Assembly (NCBI GenBank): GCA_020184695.1
Contig: JAANOX010000098.1
Span: forward strand, 62,001 to 126,000
From: Histomonas meleagridis 2922-C6/04-290x
Lineage: Eukaryota > Protista > Parabasalia
DNA: 64,000 bases
Direction: 5' to 3'
In this document: in pieces, positions 11,185 to 21,885 of the stretch
Layout of the letters: the number at the start of each line of letters is the position of its first letter
How positions within the stretch are numbered: position 1 is the stretch's first letter
Notes under the pieces: generated by a model
The model's input: only the letters and a program-made list of their open reading frames with translations
Database searches by the model: none
What the model was told of the DNA's origin: nothing
Program-made: the position numbers and the translations under genes

Positions 11185-12946
11185 ATGGAGTCAAATGATA
11201 ATGAGCAATTGATTCCTGGAACCCTTAAGAAAATGTATTGTACAGAAGACAAAGAACAACAACCAAAAAATCCGGTTTTACAAATAATTCAAATCAAAAA
11301 ACTTGGCGGTGATGAAAATCGTTCAATCAAATATAGAATCACACTTTCAGATAGCTATTATTATGCTAATACTCGACTTAGTATTCAATTAAATCGATTA
11401 ATTCAAGAAAATGAAATCAAAAATAATTCTCTTGTTAGAATTAACGAATATATTCTTAACCCAACTTTAGATCGAAAGATATTAATTATAACCTCACTTA
11501 CTAAAATCTCTGATCTTTCATCAGCAATTGGAAATGTATCAGAATTTAAAAATGCTCAAAACTCACAAAGAATTGATAGTCAATTTGCAAAATCCATTTC
11601 CCCAACCCAACATAGTTCCTTAACTCCTAGTTCACAAGAAGGTCCATGTACAATTCCATCAGATATAATTGAACGTGAAACACAACGTACCCAAGCTGAA
11701 CTAGAATCTAACGAAAGGTTTATACCCGTCAACATGCTTCATCCATATCTCTTAACATGGAGCATCAAAGTTCGAGTTGTTTTGCGTAATTCCGTTGTAA
11801 AGTATTCAAATCCGCGACAAGACGACGGCCGTTTATTCAGTGTAATCCTCAAAGACAAATTTGGGTATGAAATACGTGGAACATTTTTTGGGGAACAAGC
11901 AACTAAGTTTGACCCAATAATTCAACAAGATTGTGTCTATAAAATTAGTGATGGGATCATCAAAAGTAAAAATAATCGATTTAATACCACTAATAGTGAT
12001 TAATTAAACACAATTGGAACATTACCAGCCAAATCCCTTGTAGACATCTTATGTTATGTTATTTCGATCGAACCAATCACAGAAATTGTTAGTTCACGGA
12101 CACAAAAGACATTTAAACGTCGGACATTAATTATCTGTGACAACTCCGGTGTCAAATGCGATATTTCTCTATGGGAAGAAGACGCACTTTTTGTTTCCAA
12201 ACGAAGGGAACTTCATTATTAGCTTTAAAGATGCCAAAATTTCCGATTATGGTCGACGCTCATTAATCTGTAATTCATTTTATCGAATTAATCCGAAAAT
12301 TCCGGAGGCAATGATCCTAAAAGATTATATCCGAAGTCTTGGAGAGAACAATTTAATGAATTTGCCATCGATATCAATATCGAATTATAACATCAACTCA
12401 TTAATATATTTATCACAAATAAATAGTAATGGAATTGGAACCCAAAACAACAAAAGCGAATATTATGACCTATTCATATTATATACAGATATTAATACTC
12501 AGCGAAAGTTGTATTATAATGCATGTCCGAACCCGGAATGTAAATATAAAGGATTAACATTACAAGGAACGAATTATTACTGCGAAAGATGTACAAATTT
12601 GATCAATGAACCAAAGCCACGATTCAACTTCTCGATTAAAGTGCAAGATCACACTGGCGCTATGTTTATGTCCATCTTAGGCGATGATAACATTGGAAAT
12701 TTGTTTGTTGGGAAAAATGCAAATGATTGGGTGAACGACATTAATGGTCACGAGGATGAAGAGAATTACATCCGACAGAAGCTGATACAGAAGTTCTTCC
12801 AACCAATGAAGTTGAGATGTCGATTCAAGTTGGATAACTTCATGGACCAGAACAGAGTGAAGGCAAACGTCGTGGCGGCAGAGAAATTGTCGTTTAAAGA
12901 GGCGGCGCTGTTTTATGCGAACGAAATCAATAAATATTTTGTGTAA
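11185..12946 (+). pseudogene. RPA1: Replication protein A large subunit (RPA70) with internal stop/deletion and a frameshift
   Basis: N-terminal OB fold (KYRITLSDS), DBD-A (WSIKVRV...FSVILKD...EIRGTFF), DBD-B read in frame after TAA 12001 (VDILCYV...KRRTLIICDNSG...ISLWEEDA), shift at T-run 12188-12192, DBD-C Zn finger (CPNPEC...CERC). Confidence 0.8.
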
Positions 12947-13514
12947 TTATGTGGAAATGAAATGGAACTTTTTCTATACGACGATAAATAAACCACCGAA
13001 ACAATTATCGGTTTATAGGGCAACCCAAACTGAAAATACAACGAAAATTTGTATAGTTTATACGACTTTTTGTTCTAACGATGAAGTGATTGAGCTTCAA
13101 ACATGTGGAACATCGTTTGATTGGAAATTTTCAGGTATCGGATATTTATTTAAGTGGGTTTGATTCAAATAAAATGTTTTATATGTGTGTATATGTTAAA
13201 AAAATTTTTTAATACCATAAAATAACTGAGCATCAAGGAAATAATATTTAGGTATTAATTAAGAATGAAAAGAACTGATTCAAACAGCCTTAAAAAATTC
13301 ATATGATTTCGAAGGAATTTTTTCTGAATTTACAAAGCACATAAGAAAAAAATTGCTAAAAACAACATTATTAAAAAAAATTTGTACTCATGGATGTAAG
13401 TAAATTTGTTCGAGCGATACCCAAAAATTAAATCAATTTCAATAACGTTAAGTCAAATAACTTCATTCATAATAATATTATGAGTTTCAACACACATAGA
13501 AAGAAGTTTCCTGT

Positions 13515-14642
13515 TTACTCAGGTTTGATGTACTCACCAGCGAACAAAATTGTTCCTTCTTTATGAGTTATAAAATAGAAGAATGGATGATCAGCATGGA
13601 AACTTGGTGGCATTGGCTTGTTAAAATCGATTAGAGCTCCCGGTAATATGAAGGATATTGTGACTGCCGCTGCCTCAGTTTTAACTTCGTCAACCTCAAT
13701 TACTGCCTTTTGGACTATATCATCAACGAAATGTAATTCAATTGTGGGATTAAACATGTCTTTAATTCCCATATCATTTAACATTTTAGTCAAAGATCTT
13801 GTTCCCCAATAATGCTTAAACTTCGGAATCTTAACGTCAACTTCTATTGGCTTGGGAGAAAGCATTTTAAGATAGTCTTTATATTTACCGTTAGCTAGTG
13901 CTGTCTTTACCGCACGGAAAGATTCTACGCTGTTAAGCTTGGGAAGAATACAAACCATGGAATAGTCGTTGATATATTCCATTGATAAAATTTTTGCATT
14001 TTCATCTTCACCATATAAATATTCATCTTTTTTCTGCATAAGTTTTGTTTTCACTTCAGTCCCATCAAGAAGTGTAAATGTTTCCTCATTGGTATTTCCA
14101 CTCTCAAAGGGTTTCTTCCATTTGGAGTTGAAATAAATAGCATTGACGATTATTGAATGGATCAAATTGTCCATTTGCAGTGGGTTTAATATATTCTTGA
14201 TGAGGCCGTGTGTAACTTCTTCAACATGTTTGTTAATTAAATCACAGCCTGGTTGTGGAAATTCAACTGGAGTTATTTTTGCTCCAAGATATTGTTCTAA
14301 TGGTGCATACAAAGATGTATCAAAATTAAAAAATTTGTTAGGCCAGATTGAGTTTGCACCACTAACATTTCCGTCACTTGATTGTACTTCAATAGTTTTA
14401 ATTAATTGATTGAGTGCTGTAAGTAGGTCTTTAACACTAGTATTGGTTGGAATTCCGAGTGCTTCAAAATTTTGCCTACGTGTTGATTCTTTGAAAATAG
14501 CACTCGACATTAAAAGAACTGAAAACGCAGAATATGGAGAAACAACAATATTTTCTTTATCATTAGATAAATGAGTGAGCATATTGAATGCTAATTTCTC
14601 GATTGGTTCTTGGTAAGAAAGAGATTTTCTCCAAAAAAACAT
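13515..14642 (-). CDS. Serpin
   Basis: NIVVSPYS, IVNAIYFNSKWKKPF, hinge EVDEVKTEAAAVT, C-terminal FHADHPFFYFI. Start at the ATG following Inr-like tcacttcatatt. Confidence 0.92.
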   Translation of the reverse strand: MFFWRKSLSYQEPIEKLAFNMLTHLSNDKENIVVSPYSAFSVLLMSSAIFKESTRRQNFEALGIPTNTSVKDLLTALNQLIKTIEVQSSDGNVSGANSIWPNKFFNFDTSLYAPLEQYLGAKITPVEFPQPGCDLINKHVEEVTHGLIKNILNPLQMDNLIHSIIVNAIYFNSKWKKPFESGNTNEETFTLLDGTEVKTKLMQKKDEYLYGEDENAKILSMEYINDYSMVCILPKLNSVESFRAVKTALANGKYKDYLKMLSPKPIEVDVKIPKFKHYWGTRSLTKMLNDMGIKDMFNPTIELHFVDDIVQKAVIEVDEVKTEAAAVTISFILPGALIDFNKPMPPSFHADHPFFYFITHKEGTILFAGEYIKPE

Positions 14643-14662
14643 AATATGAAGTGATGTCATCA

Positions 14663-14670
14663 AAGCCGTT
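14663..14670 (-). promoter_or_regulatory. Myb-element-like core promoter motif (AACGGCTT)
   Basis: About 20 nt upstream of the serpin ATG; the same motif class precedes many other genes here. Confidence 0.5.
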
Positions 14671-15466
14671 AAATTAGTTGGCTATACAGTGGAAACTGTT
14701 GACTTTGTGTTTATAACCATCTTTTTCTGAAAATCGGTTGGGTTTTTAAACGAAAATTTCCAAAAGGTGAGGCAAAAAACAGGTTAAAGTTTTAATTTCC
14801 CAAACTCCGATAATTATTAAGAAAAAAGAGAAACTACAATAATACATTGAAAATTAAATGAAAATGCTTCTCAAATTTTGAATCACTTAAGAAAATTAAG
14901 AAGGCATTTAATTTGGATGGGGAATTTTGCCGATTTAAAAAATAAAAATTTTTCACAAAATTTCGTGCGATAATTTTTTTTAAAGCAAAATCATTCTTAT
15001 ATGTTATATCTTTAAAAATATAATCAAGTCTTAAAGAATTTTATTCGCTTGATTTTAAGATATATCTCTTTAAATATTACCGACTGAGCTTTTGTTTTGT
15101 GCTGTCATTCAAGACGATAAAAAACATTGATTGGTTTATTTGTAGTTATTTGTTGGAATCACCGAAATTTTGTTATAGTTTTCGTTGACAAAGCACGAAT
15201 TGTATTGCATATGTCTTGTACTTTGTTCGAAATTATTCATATGACAGCATGCTTTTGTTATCAGAATGTCAAATTTGATAATCCAATCTATAAAAAAAAT
15301 TAAATTTCAAAGATATTTAGATATCCATGAAACTAATGTTAAAAATTTTTAAACAAGGATTCACCTGCTTTTAGTGAAGGGAGCACATGAAATATCTTAT
15401 CGTCTAATAAAAAAAATTATACACTCCACTTTTTGTATTAATAACCGCTATTCGAAGCGGTTTTCG

Positions 15467-16664
15467 ATGGGATCATTTCCAGATTCAGTCTAATAACCTC
15501 GAAGAATTCTTAACTTCAAGCGTTGACGCTCCAACGAAATCAGAAGAAAAGAAGCAGAAGTTTCTGCTATTTCTTCTGGGTAATGCTGCCCTTTTAGTTT
15601 TTAATATTGCCATCAACGCTATTGACATTTTTGATCAAGCATGTGAACGCAAAGACATGGGAGCTGTTTTAAGTCGTGCGTACAACTTTCCTTCATCTGT
15701 TATTTCACTTATACTTTGTTTCATAATGCCAAGTAATCTTAAAATTGCACTAATCATTGGTCTTGTTGCACTTTCAATTATTGTTATAATTCTTCCCTTT
15801 TTCATTCTATTTAAGTTTTCTGCTCAAGTGATTTATTGGGTTACTGTTATATGTGTAGGAGGTTCTGCAGTTTTTTCATCAATAATTTCATCAACAGCCT
15901 TTTCAATTGCAGCCAAATTTGATTCCACATATACCTCTTTGGTATCAAGTGGAAATGGATGTTGTGGAGTAATTGCCGCCGGACTTCGTATTCTTACCAA
16001 AGCTCTTTTTTCATCCAAGGAACAACTTATTATATCATCTGCGGTATATTTTTTCCTTACAGCCATAGTTTTAATAATCACATTAATATATTTATTACAT
16101 GTCAGTAAAATTCAAACCTTATCACGCAATATGATTTCATCCTCAGGCGAAACGGTGAAATGTTCTAGGTCATTATTATCAACCATCAAACTTATATGGG
16201 TTGAATGGTTAAGTGTCTTTTTTGACTTCTTAGTTACACTAACACTATTCCCAGGCTACATGACACTCGTTAAAGAAGTTCCTGCAATTGGTGATTGGTC
16301 ATCCGTTATTATTACCGCAATCTTTTGCATATTTGACTGGGTCGGTAGATATTTGCCTGTACGTTATATGTGGCCGAGCATCAAATTTGCTTGGATTCCC
16401 GTCTTAGTAAGAGTTCTCTTTTTCCCAATTTTTATGTTAACCATTGAAAATGTTGTAAATTTGGGGGACCCCTATTGGACTTTTTTGTGGACGATACCGT
16501 TTGCTGTAACCAACGGTTATTTCGGCACTGTTTCAATGCTTTACGGATCGAATAATGAAAAAGTGCCATCGGAAGATAGAGGTTTGGCGGGATTTCTGAT
16601 GTCGTTTTCTATAACAGCAGGAATTTTGGCCGCAATGTTCCTAACGTTTGCAATGCCACAATAA
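15467..16664 (+). CDS. Equilibrative nucleoside transporter (ENT family); 1-nt frameshift right after the start
   Basis: Multi-TM ORF 15657..16664 with ENT motifs (LTLFPG, FDWVGR, FAVTNGYFG). The frame extends upstream through TM1 (FLLFLLGNAALLVFNIAINAID) to ATG 15467 if one G of GGG 15469-15471 is removed. Confidence 0.85.
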
Positions 16665-16959
16665 ATGAAATTAGTAATTTTATACGGAGTGTGAAAAAGA
16701 TAATAAAAATTTTTGTTTTACAATTTTAAAATTTCTTCCAAATATAATTTTACAGAATTCGTTTACAATTTTATAGAGAATAATTACACAAGCAATAGAG
16801 AAAGCAATACAACAAACATTTATTTGAAAAATGTCAAATCATAAATTTGTAAAATTCAACAATTTCCTTGTGAATGTAAGTTAACACACTATGCGACTCC
16901 AAAACATTTTATAAGTGATATCAGAATCAAAACGTATTGACAATAACCATTTTGTTTAT

Positions 16960-17994
16960 TCAATCACGTCTCTTCTTTCTTGTATGGCCTGACTTCGGCG
17001 GCACTAAGAATCTTGTTGGCATTGGCGCGTCCTGTTGCTGTTGCACGCCAGCAGCTTTTCTGTGCTTTCTTGCCTTTTCTTCCAATTTTATGTCCAAATC
17101 ATTAGCTTGCCGTATCGGATAAGATGAGACATCGCGCAGAATCTCAAGACTATCCTCCGTAATCGTCTCCTTGCTCGCCTCAATGTCCGGATTCGTCACA
17201 ACGATTCGGAGCCATCGTTCTAAGATCCGACCAATTATTTTCTCTTCTTCGGTTCCTTTCTGTGTTGGCGTGCTTTGGAGAACTTGGACAATATCAGAGT
17301 CATCAGAACCCGAGCTACGATTCTCTGCGATGATCTGAAGGAATTCTTTATTAATTGGTAACTTTTCGATTATTTTGTACACTTCAAGTCGAAGACCAAT
17401 CGATGGATAAGTCTTATGGTCGGCTTGGTAGGGTGTAATCCATTCACATAAAAGGCCTAAAAATTCTCTGTAGTATTCTGACATTAAAATTTTGGTTAAT
17501 TTTTGATCACATATGGCTTTGGCAATCTCTTTCACATACCGAACCCGTGCAAGCGGTGGCTTGTGTTGTTCGAAACTTCGCTGATCTTTGGAATTGGCTT
17601 CTTCCATACGTTTTAGAAGATTTTTGATTCGCTCCACACAACGTTCACGGCGTTGAACTTTTTCTTCATCTGTTTTACGTGTGGAATTTCGTGTTTTCAT
17701 GGATTCACGGAATAATTTTTCAATTCGTTCTCGTCCTTCTTTTTCTTCTTGGGTAAGAGTTTCGGGATCTTCTTCTTTTTCAGAGTCTTTTTTACTTTTC
17801 CGTTTTTTCTTGGGGCCTTCTTTATCTTGTGCTTCTTGGCTTGACTCTGATTCTTCATTGCTTTCACTTTCTGATTCAGAATTTTTTTCTTCAGGATTTT
17901 TAACGGGGTGAAGTTTTTTAAGTTCATCACTATCACTATCACTTTGTATTTCCTTTTCTTCTGGACCTTCAGAAAGATCTTTATCTTCTTCCAT
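16960..17994 (-). CDS. IWS1: IWS1/Spn1-like transcription elongation factor
   Basis: Acidic/Lys N-terminus; TFIIS-N-like core (LLCEWITPY...YPSIGLRLEVYKIIEKLPI...ILERWLR); tail FLVPPKS. Confidence 0.7.
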   Translation of the reverse strand: MEEDKDLSEGPEEKEIQSDSDSDELKKLHPVKNPEEKNSESESESNEESESSQEAQDKEGPKKKRKSKKDSEKEEDPETLTQEEKEGRERIEKLFRESMKTRNSTRKTDEEKVQRRERCVERIKNLLKRMEEANSKDQRSFEQHKPPLARVRYVKEIAKAICDQKLTKILMSEYYREFLGLLCEWITPYQADHKTYPSIGLRLEVYKIIEKLPINKEFLQIIAENRSSGSDDSDIVQVLQSTPTQKGTEEEKIIGRILERWLRIVVTNPDIEASKETITEDSLEILRDVSSYPIRQANDLDIKLEEKARKHRKAAGVQQQQDAPMPTRFLVPPKSGHTRKKRRD

Positions 17995-18024
17995 TCGTGG
18001 TTGTATACAGCCACTTTTCGGTTT

Positions 18025-18032
18025 AAGCCGTT
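18025..18032 (-). promoter_or_regulatory. Myb-element-like core promoter motif (AACGGCTT)
   Basis: About 30 nt upstream of the IWS1 ATG. Confidence 0.45.
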
Positions 18033-18302
18033 AATAATCCTTTTTCATTAAACGGTCTTTTGCATTCTTTTCTTTCTTGAAGCCAAATCCAATTGAAATT
18101 GCAACATACAGCACATGTAAAAATAGTTTTTTCAAAGCATATTAAAAAGCTGTGGTTCATAGAGGTTTCTGCAAAATGAAATGTTTTAAGAATTAATTTA
18201 TCATATCCCGAAATCGCCTAAAAATTTTTCATCAACCGAACAATTTCTTACTCAAAAACGAATGTACAACATCAAAGTAAATATATTTCATTGGTCATTT
18301 AT

Positions 18303-19655
18303 TTAGTCTTCCATTGCTTCTCCTTCGCCTTCACCTTCTTCCTCTTCTTCGCCGACTTCGTCAATTCCAACTGTTTCGTACATTTCGTATTCTTGGATTA
18401 AGTCGGTCATGTTTGATCTCGCCTCATCGAATTCGACTGTTTCGAGTCCTTCGTTGACGTACCAATGGATGAAAGCTCTTCGTGCGTACATCTTTTGGAA
18501 CTGTGAGTCGACGCGTGTGAACAATTCTCTGAATGCTGTTGTGTTGCCGATGAATGTTGCTGCCATCTTAAGACCACGTGGTGGGATATCGCAGATGGAG
18601 CTCTTCACGTTGTTTGGAATCCATTCGACGAAGTATGATGTGTTACGCGCTTGGATGTTAAGCATTTGCTCATCGACTTCTTTGGATGACATTCTTCCAC
18701 GGAAATGTGCAGAAACAGTTAAGTAAACACCACGGCGTGGGTCGCAGGCGGCCATCATGTTCTTGTTGTCGAATAATTGTGATGTAAGTTCGGGAACCGT
18801 TAATGCGCGATATTGTTGTGAGCCACGGGAGGTGAGTGGAGCGAAGCCTACGATGAAGAAGTGAAGACGTGGGAATGGTACAAGGTTAACTGCAAGCTTA
18901 CGAAGATCAGAGTTAAGTTGACCTGGGAATCTTAATGAGCATGTTGTGCCGGACATAACCATTGATACAAGATGGTTAAGATCACCATATGTGGGTGTGG
19001 TGAGCTTTAATGTACGGAAGCAAATATCATAAAGTGCTTCGTTATCAATGCAGAAAACTTCATCAGCAGATTCGACAAGTTGGTGGACAGAGAGAGTGCA
19101 GTTATATGGTTCAACAACAGTATCAGAAACCTTTGGTGATGGAACAATGGAATATGTGGAAAGAATACGATCTGGATATTCTTCACGAAGTTTGTTAAGA
19201 AGAAGAGTACCAAGACCTGAGCCGGTACCACCTCCGAGAGAATGGACAAGTTGGAAGCCTTGAAGAGCATCACAAGATTCGGCTTCTTTACGAACAACAT
19301 CAAGAATTGACTCAGCAAGTTCTTGACCTTCAGTGTAATAACCTTTAGCCCAGTTGTTACCAGCACCAGATTGACCGAAAACGAAGTTATCTGGGCGGAA
19401 TAATTGGCCATATTGACCAGCACGAACAGCATCCATGGTACCTGGTTCAAGATCAACAAGGACAGCACGTGGGACATACTTACCACCAGTGGCTTCGTTA
19501 TAATAAACGTTGATTCTTTCTAATTGAAGATCACTATCGCCATGAAATGAACCTGTTGGGTCAATACCATGTTCATCTGAAATAACTTCCCAGAATTTAG
19601 CGCCGATTTGGTTACCACATTGGCCTGCTTGGAGGTGAACAATCTCTCTGACCAT
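18303..19655 (-). CDS. TUBB: Beta-tubulin
   Basis: [25 protein letters not shown], acidic tail; true start MVREI at 19655. Confidence 0.99.
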   Translation of the reverse strand: MVREIVHLQAGQCGNQIGAKFWEVISDEHGIDPTGSFHGDSDLQLERINVYYNEATGGKYVPRAVLVDLEPGTMDAVRAGQYGQLFRPDNFVFGQSGAGNNWAKGYYTEGQELAESILDVVRKEAESCDALQGFQLVHSLGGGTGSGLGTLLLNKLREEYPDRILSTYSIVPSPKVSDTVVEPYNCTLSVHQLVESADEVFCIDNEALYDICFRTLKLTTPTYGDLNHLVSMVMSGTTCSLRFPGQLNSDLRKLAVNLVPFPRLHFFIVGFAPLTSRGSQQYRALTVPELTSQLFDNKNMMAACDPRRGVYLTVSAHFRGRMSSKEVDEQMLNIQARNTSYFVEWIPNNVKSSICDIPPRGLKMAATFIGNTTAFRELFTRVDSQFQKMYARRAFIHWYVNEGLETVEFDEARSNMTDLIQEYEMYETVGIDEVGEEEEEGEGEGEAMED

Positions 19656-19667
19656 TTGTGAAGTCAA

Positions 19668-19675
19668 AAACGGTT
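19668..19675 (-). promoter_or_regulatory. Myb-element-like core promoter motif (AACCGTTT)
   Basis: 12 nt upstream of the tubulin ATG. Confidence 0.55.
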
Positions 19676-20088
19676 TAATTTGAATTTTCCTCTTGAAAAA
19701 GTGTTAAATACAAAACCACTCGACCGTTAATTATTTATAAACATTTATCGAGCAACTTTAAGTACACATATCGCAAAGTGTTTAGCTAAATCATCGGTTC
19801 ACAAAAAGAAACCTTTAATAAAAATATACTCTTTTTTATTTGATATATTATTTGATTAAGGAAATTATATTTTCTAATGATTTAATTTAGAAATTTTTTG
19901 TTTACAAAATTTAAAATTATTAGTGCCGTATAAAATAATTTCACTCATTACTTAATATTTTTAAGTATTATTAAAATAATAAAAATCAAGAAATTGATCG
20001 ATATTCCATTACCATTTTTAACATAACACGAAACTTCATAAAATAAATGTTATCCACAAATAAAAAAAACTTGAAATGAATTAACTGT

Positions 20089-21096
20089 TTAAGGTAGTTT
20101 TGGAAGATGCTTAATATAAATGTGATCAAGTGAATGAACGTCTTGGAATGGTGGTCTATTTTGCTCAATTCTTTCTGATTCTGGTCTTGCTTTAAATGTA
20201 TTAATTGTGTAAGTTTGTGCGCTTCCACCTTTTTGACCGAATTGCGAAGTTTGTGCATGCATTTGTACAACAGAAGCAGCATTTTGAATCCATCCGCAGA
20301 AGTTAGGGGCAGACCAAACAGTTATGCATTTTCCATTAAACATATTTGTATGACCATTCATACAAAGTTGTTTCGACCTGATGATGCAGCTGAGACCGTT
20401 ATCTTTAAGGAACTTGTCAATTTTTGGTTCACCAAAGAAATAGCCGTGGCGGTTTTCTATCGGAGTGAATTCGGTGATTCCCTCTTTCGGAATGGACCAG
20501 ACAAGAGATGACCAAGAATCAGCAAGTGGAACCTCGACAAATCTGTTGAATTCGTTGATTTGATTAAGTTTAACGATTGATTTATCAATTCCGCCTGATA
20601 AACAAAAGAATTGATAACATACTTGTGCTGCTAAAGGAAGTGAATCAAAGGCATCCATTAATGCTTCCCATGCACGTGGTGAACCATAAGCATTAATAAT
20701 TTCTTCGTAAAGACCACATACAAGTGTGAGACGGCGTGACTCATGAGCTCCACGAAGTAAATATACGTGGTCGGGATACTTGAGAGCGAGCGAGAATAAA
20801 AGACATACTGTGGCAATATTTCGATCACCATAATTAACAAAGTCACCTAAAAATAAATATGATGTGTATGGAACGGCACCGCAAACATCAAATAGTTCAT
20901 GGATGTCATCAAGTTGAGCATGGACACTTCCAACAACTGTCATGGGTTGAGTAATTGATAGAAGATTTGGAAGAGTAGAATAATGACGTTGAAATTGTTG
21001 GCACAGACGAACAAAATCATCTTCGCTGGGCTCCACTGGTTGTGGTTTCATGGCATTGTTCAGGAATTCGTTGATATCGAAGTTTGCTTCAGCCAT
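20089..21096 (-). CDS. PPP-family (PP2A/PP4-like) Ser/Thr phosphatase, predicted catalytically inactive
   Basis: PPP fold clear (YLFLGDFV, LLRGAHE, SAPNF), but motifs read GSVHA, GDFVNYG, GAHE, SGG, RSKQ. Confidence 0.9.
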   Translation of the reverse strand: MAEANFDINEFLNNAMKPQPVEPSEDDFVRLCQQFQRHYSTLPNLLSITQPMTVVGSVHAQLDDIHELFDVCGAVPYTSYLFLGDFVNYGDRNIATVCLLFSLALKYPDHVYLLRGAHESRRLTLVCGLYEEIINAYGSPRAWEALMDAFDSLPLAAQVCYQFFCLSGGIDKSIVKLNQINEFNRFVEVPLADSWSSLVWSIPKEGITEFTPIENRHGYFFGEPKIDKFLKDNGLSCIIRSKQLCMNGHTNMFNGKCITVWSAPNFCGWIQNAASVVQMHAQTSQFGQKGGSAQTYTINTFKARPESERIEQNRPPFQDVHSLDHIYIKHLPKLP

Positions 21097-21104
21097 TGAT
21101 TGAC

Positions 21105-21112
21105 AAACCGTT
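21105..21112 (-). promoter_or_regulatory. Myb-element-like core promoter motif (AACGGTTT)
   Basis: 8 nt upstream of ATG 21096. Confidence 0.5.
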
Positions 21113-21885
21113 AATTAATTAACAAAAAGTTGATTTTTTCCGGTTTTTTTCTAAAGCATTTTATGTTTAGAAAAATAAAAGCAATCTTCAAAGTTTCATT
21201 AAATTAATCTTTCTAGTGAAAATGTTTCTTTGGCTAATGATGATTTGTTATCGTTTGAATGTAATATTTTTTGCATGAGATGATGTTGTCATAATATCTT
21301 GTCATAATATCTTTTATTTGAAGATTTAACGAATGAATGCTTTTAATCATGTAATACCAGTGGGAGCTTCAAAATACACGCCAAAAACCTGATCATGTTT
21401 TTGTTAAGGATTAAGTTATTAAATAACTGACATTTATATCCTTCTTTTAAACGACATTAATTTATTAATTGATATTTGTCAGAAATGATTTATAATTCAT
21501 TTTACAGGAAAAAGAATTTAAAAAAAATAGGATGTAAAAATAAACGTCTTTCTGGGGAAAATGCCTTCAGCTGAAAATATTTACACCAACTCGCAATTTT
21601 AAATGATCCTTGCCAAATGGCATTGTCAAAAACTATTCAATTATTTTTACGACGTAGAAGGGGTTAAAAAACATTTGGGATTGGTAATGAGAACCCTTCA
21701 AATATGAAAATCATGATAACGTGAGTTGTATAAGTACATGTATTAACAAAACCCTTTTGAAAAAGCAATCGGGCTGTTGCACGAACACAGCCATGAGTAA
21801 AGCTGTTCGTTCTATTTAAATTTTCTGTTGTACGATCTCTTTTTTGAATACATTACATTTTAAATTGATCGGAGTTCACGCCACA

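Noticed and set aside
18409-19486. Alternative-frame and antisense ORFs over beta-tubulin and other genes
   Set aside because: Shadow ORFs caused by codon bias; no recognisable protein features.
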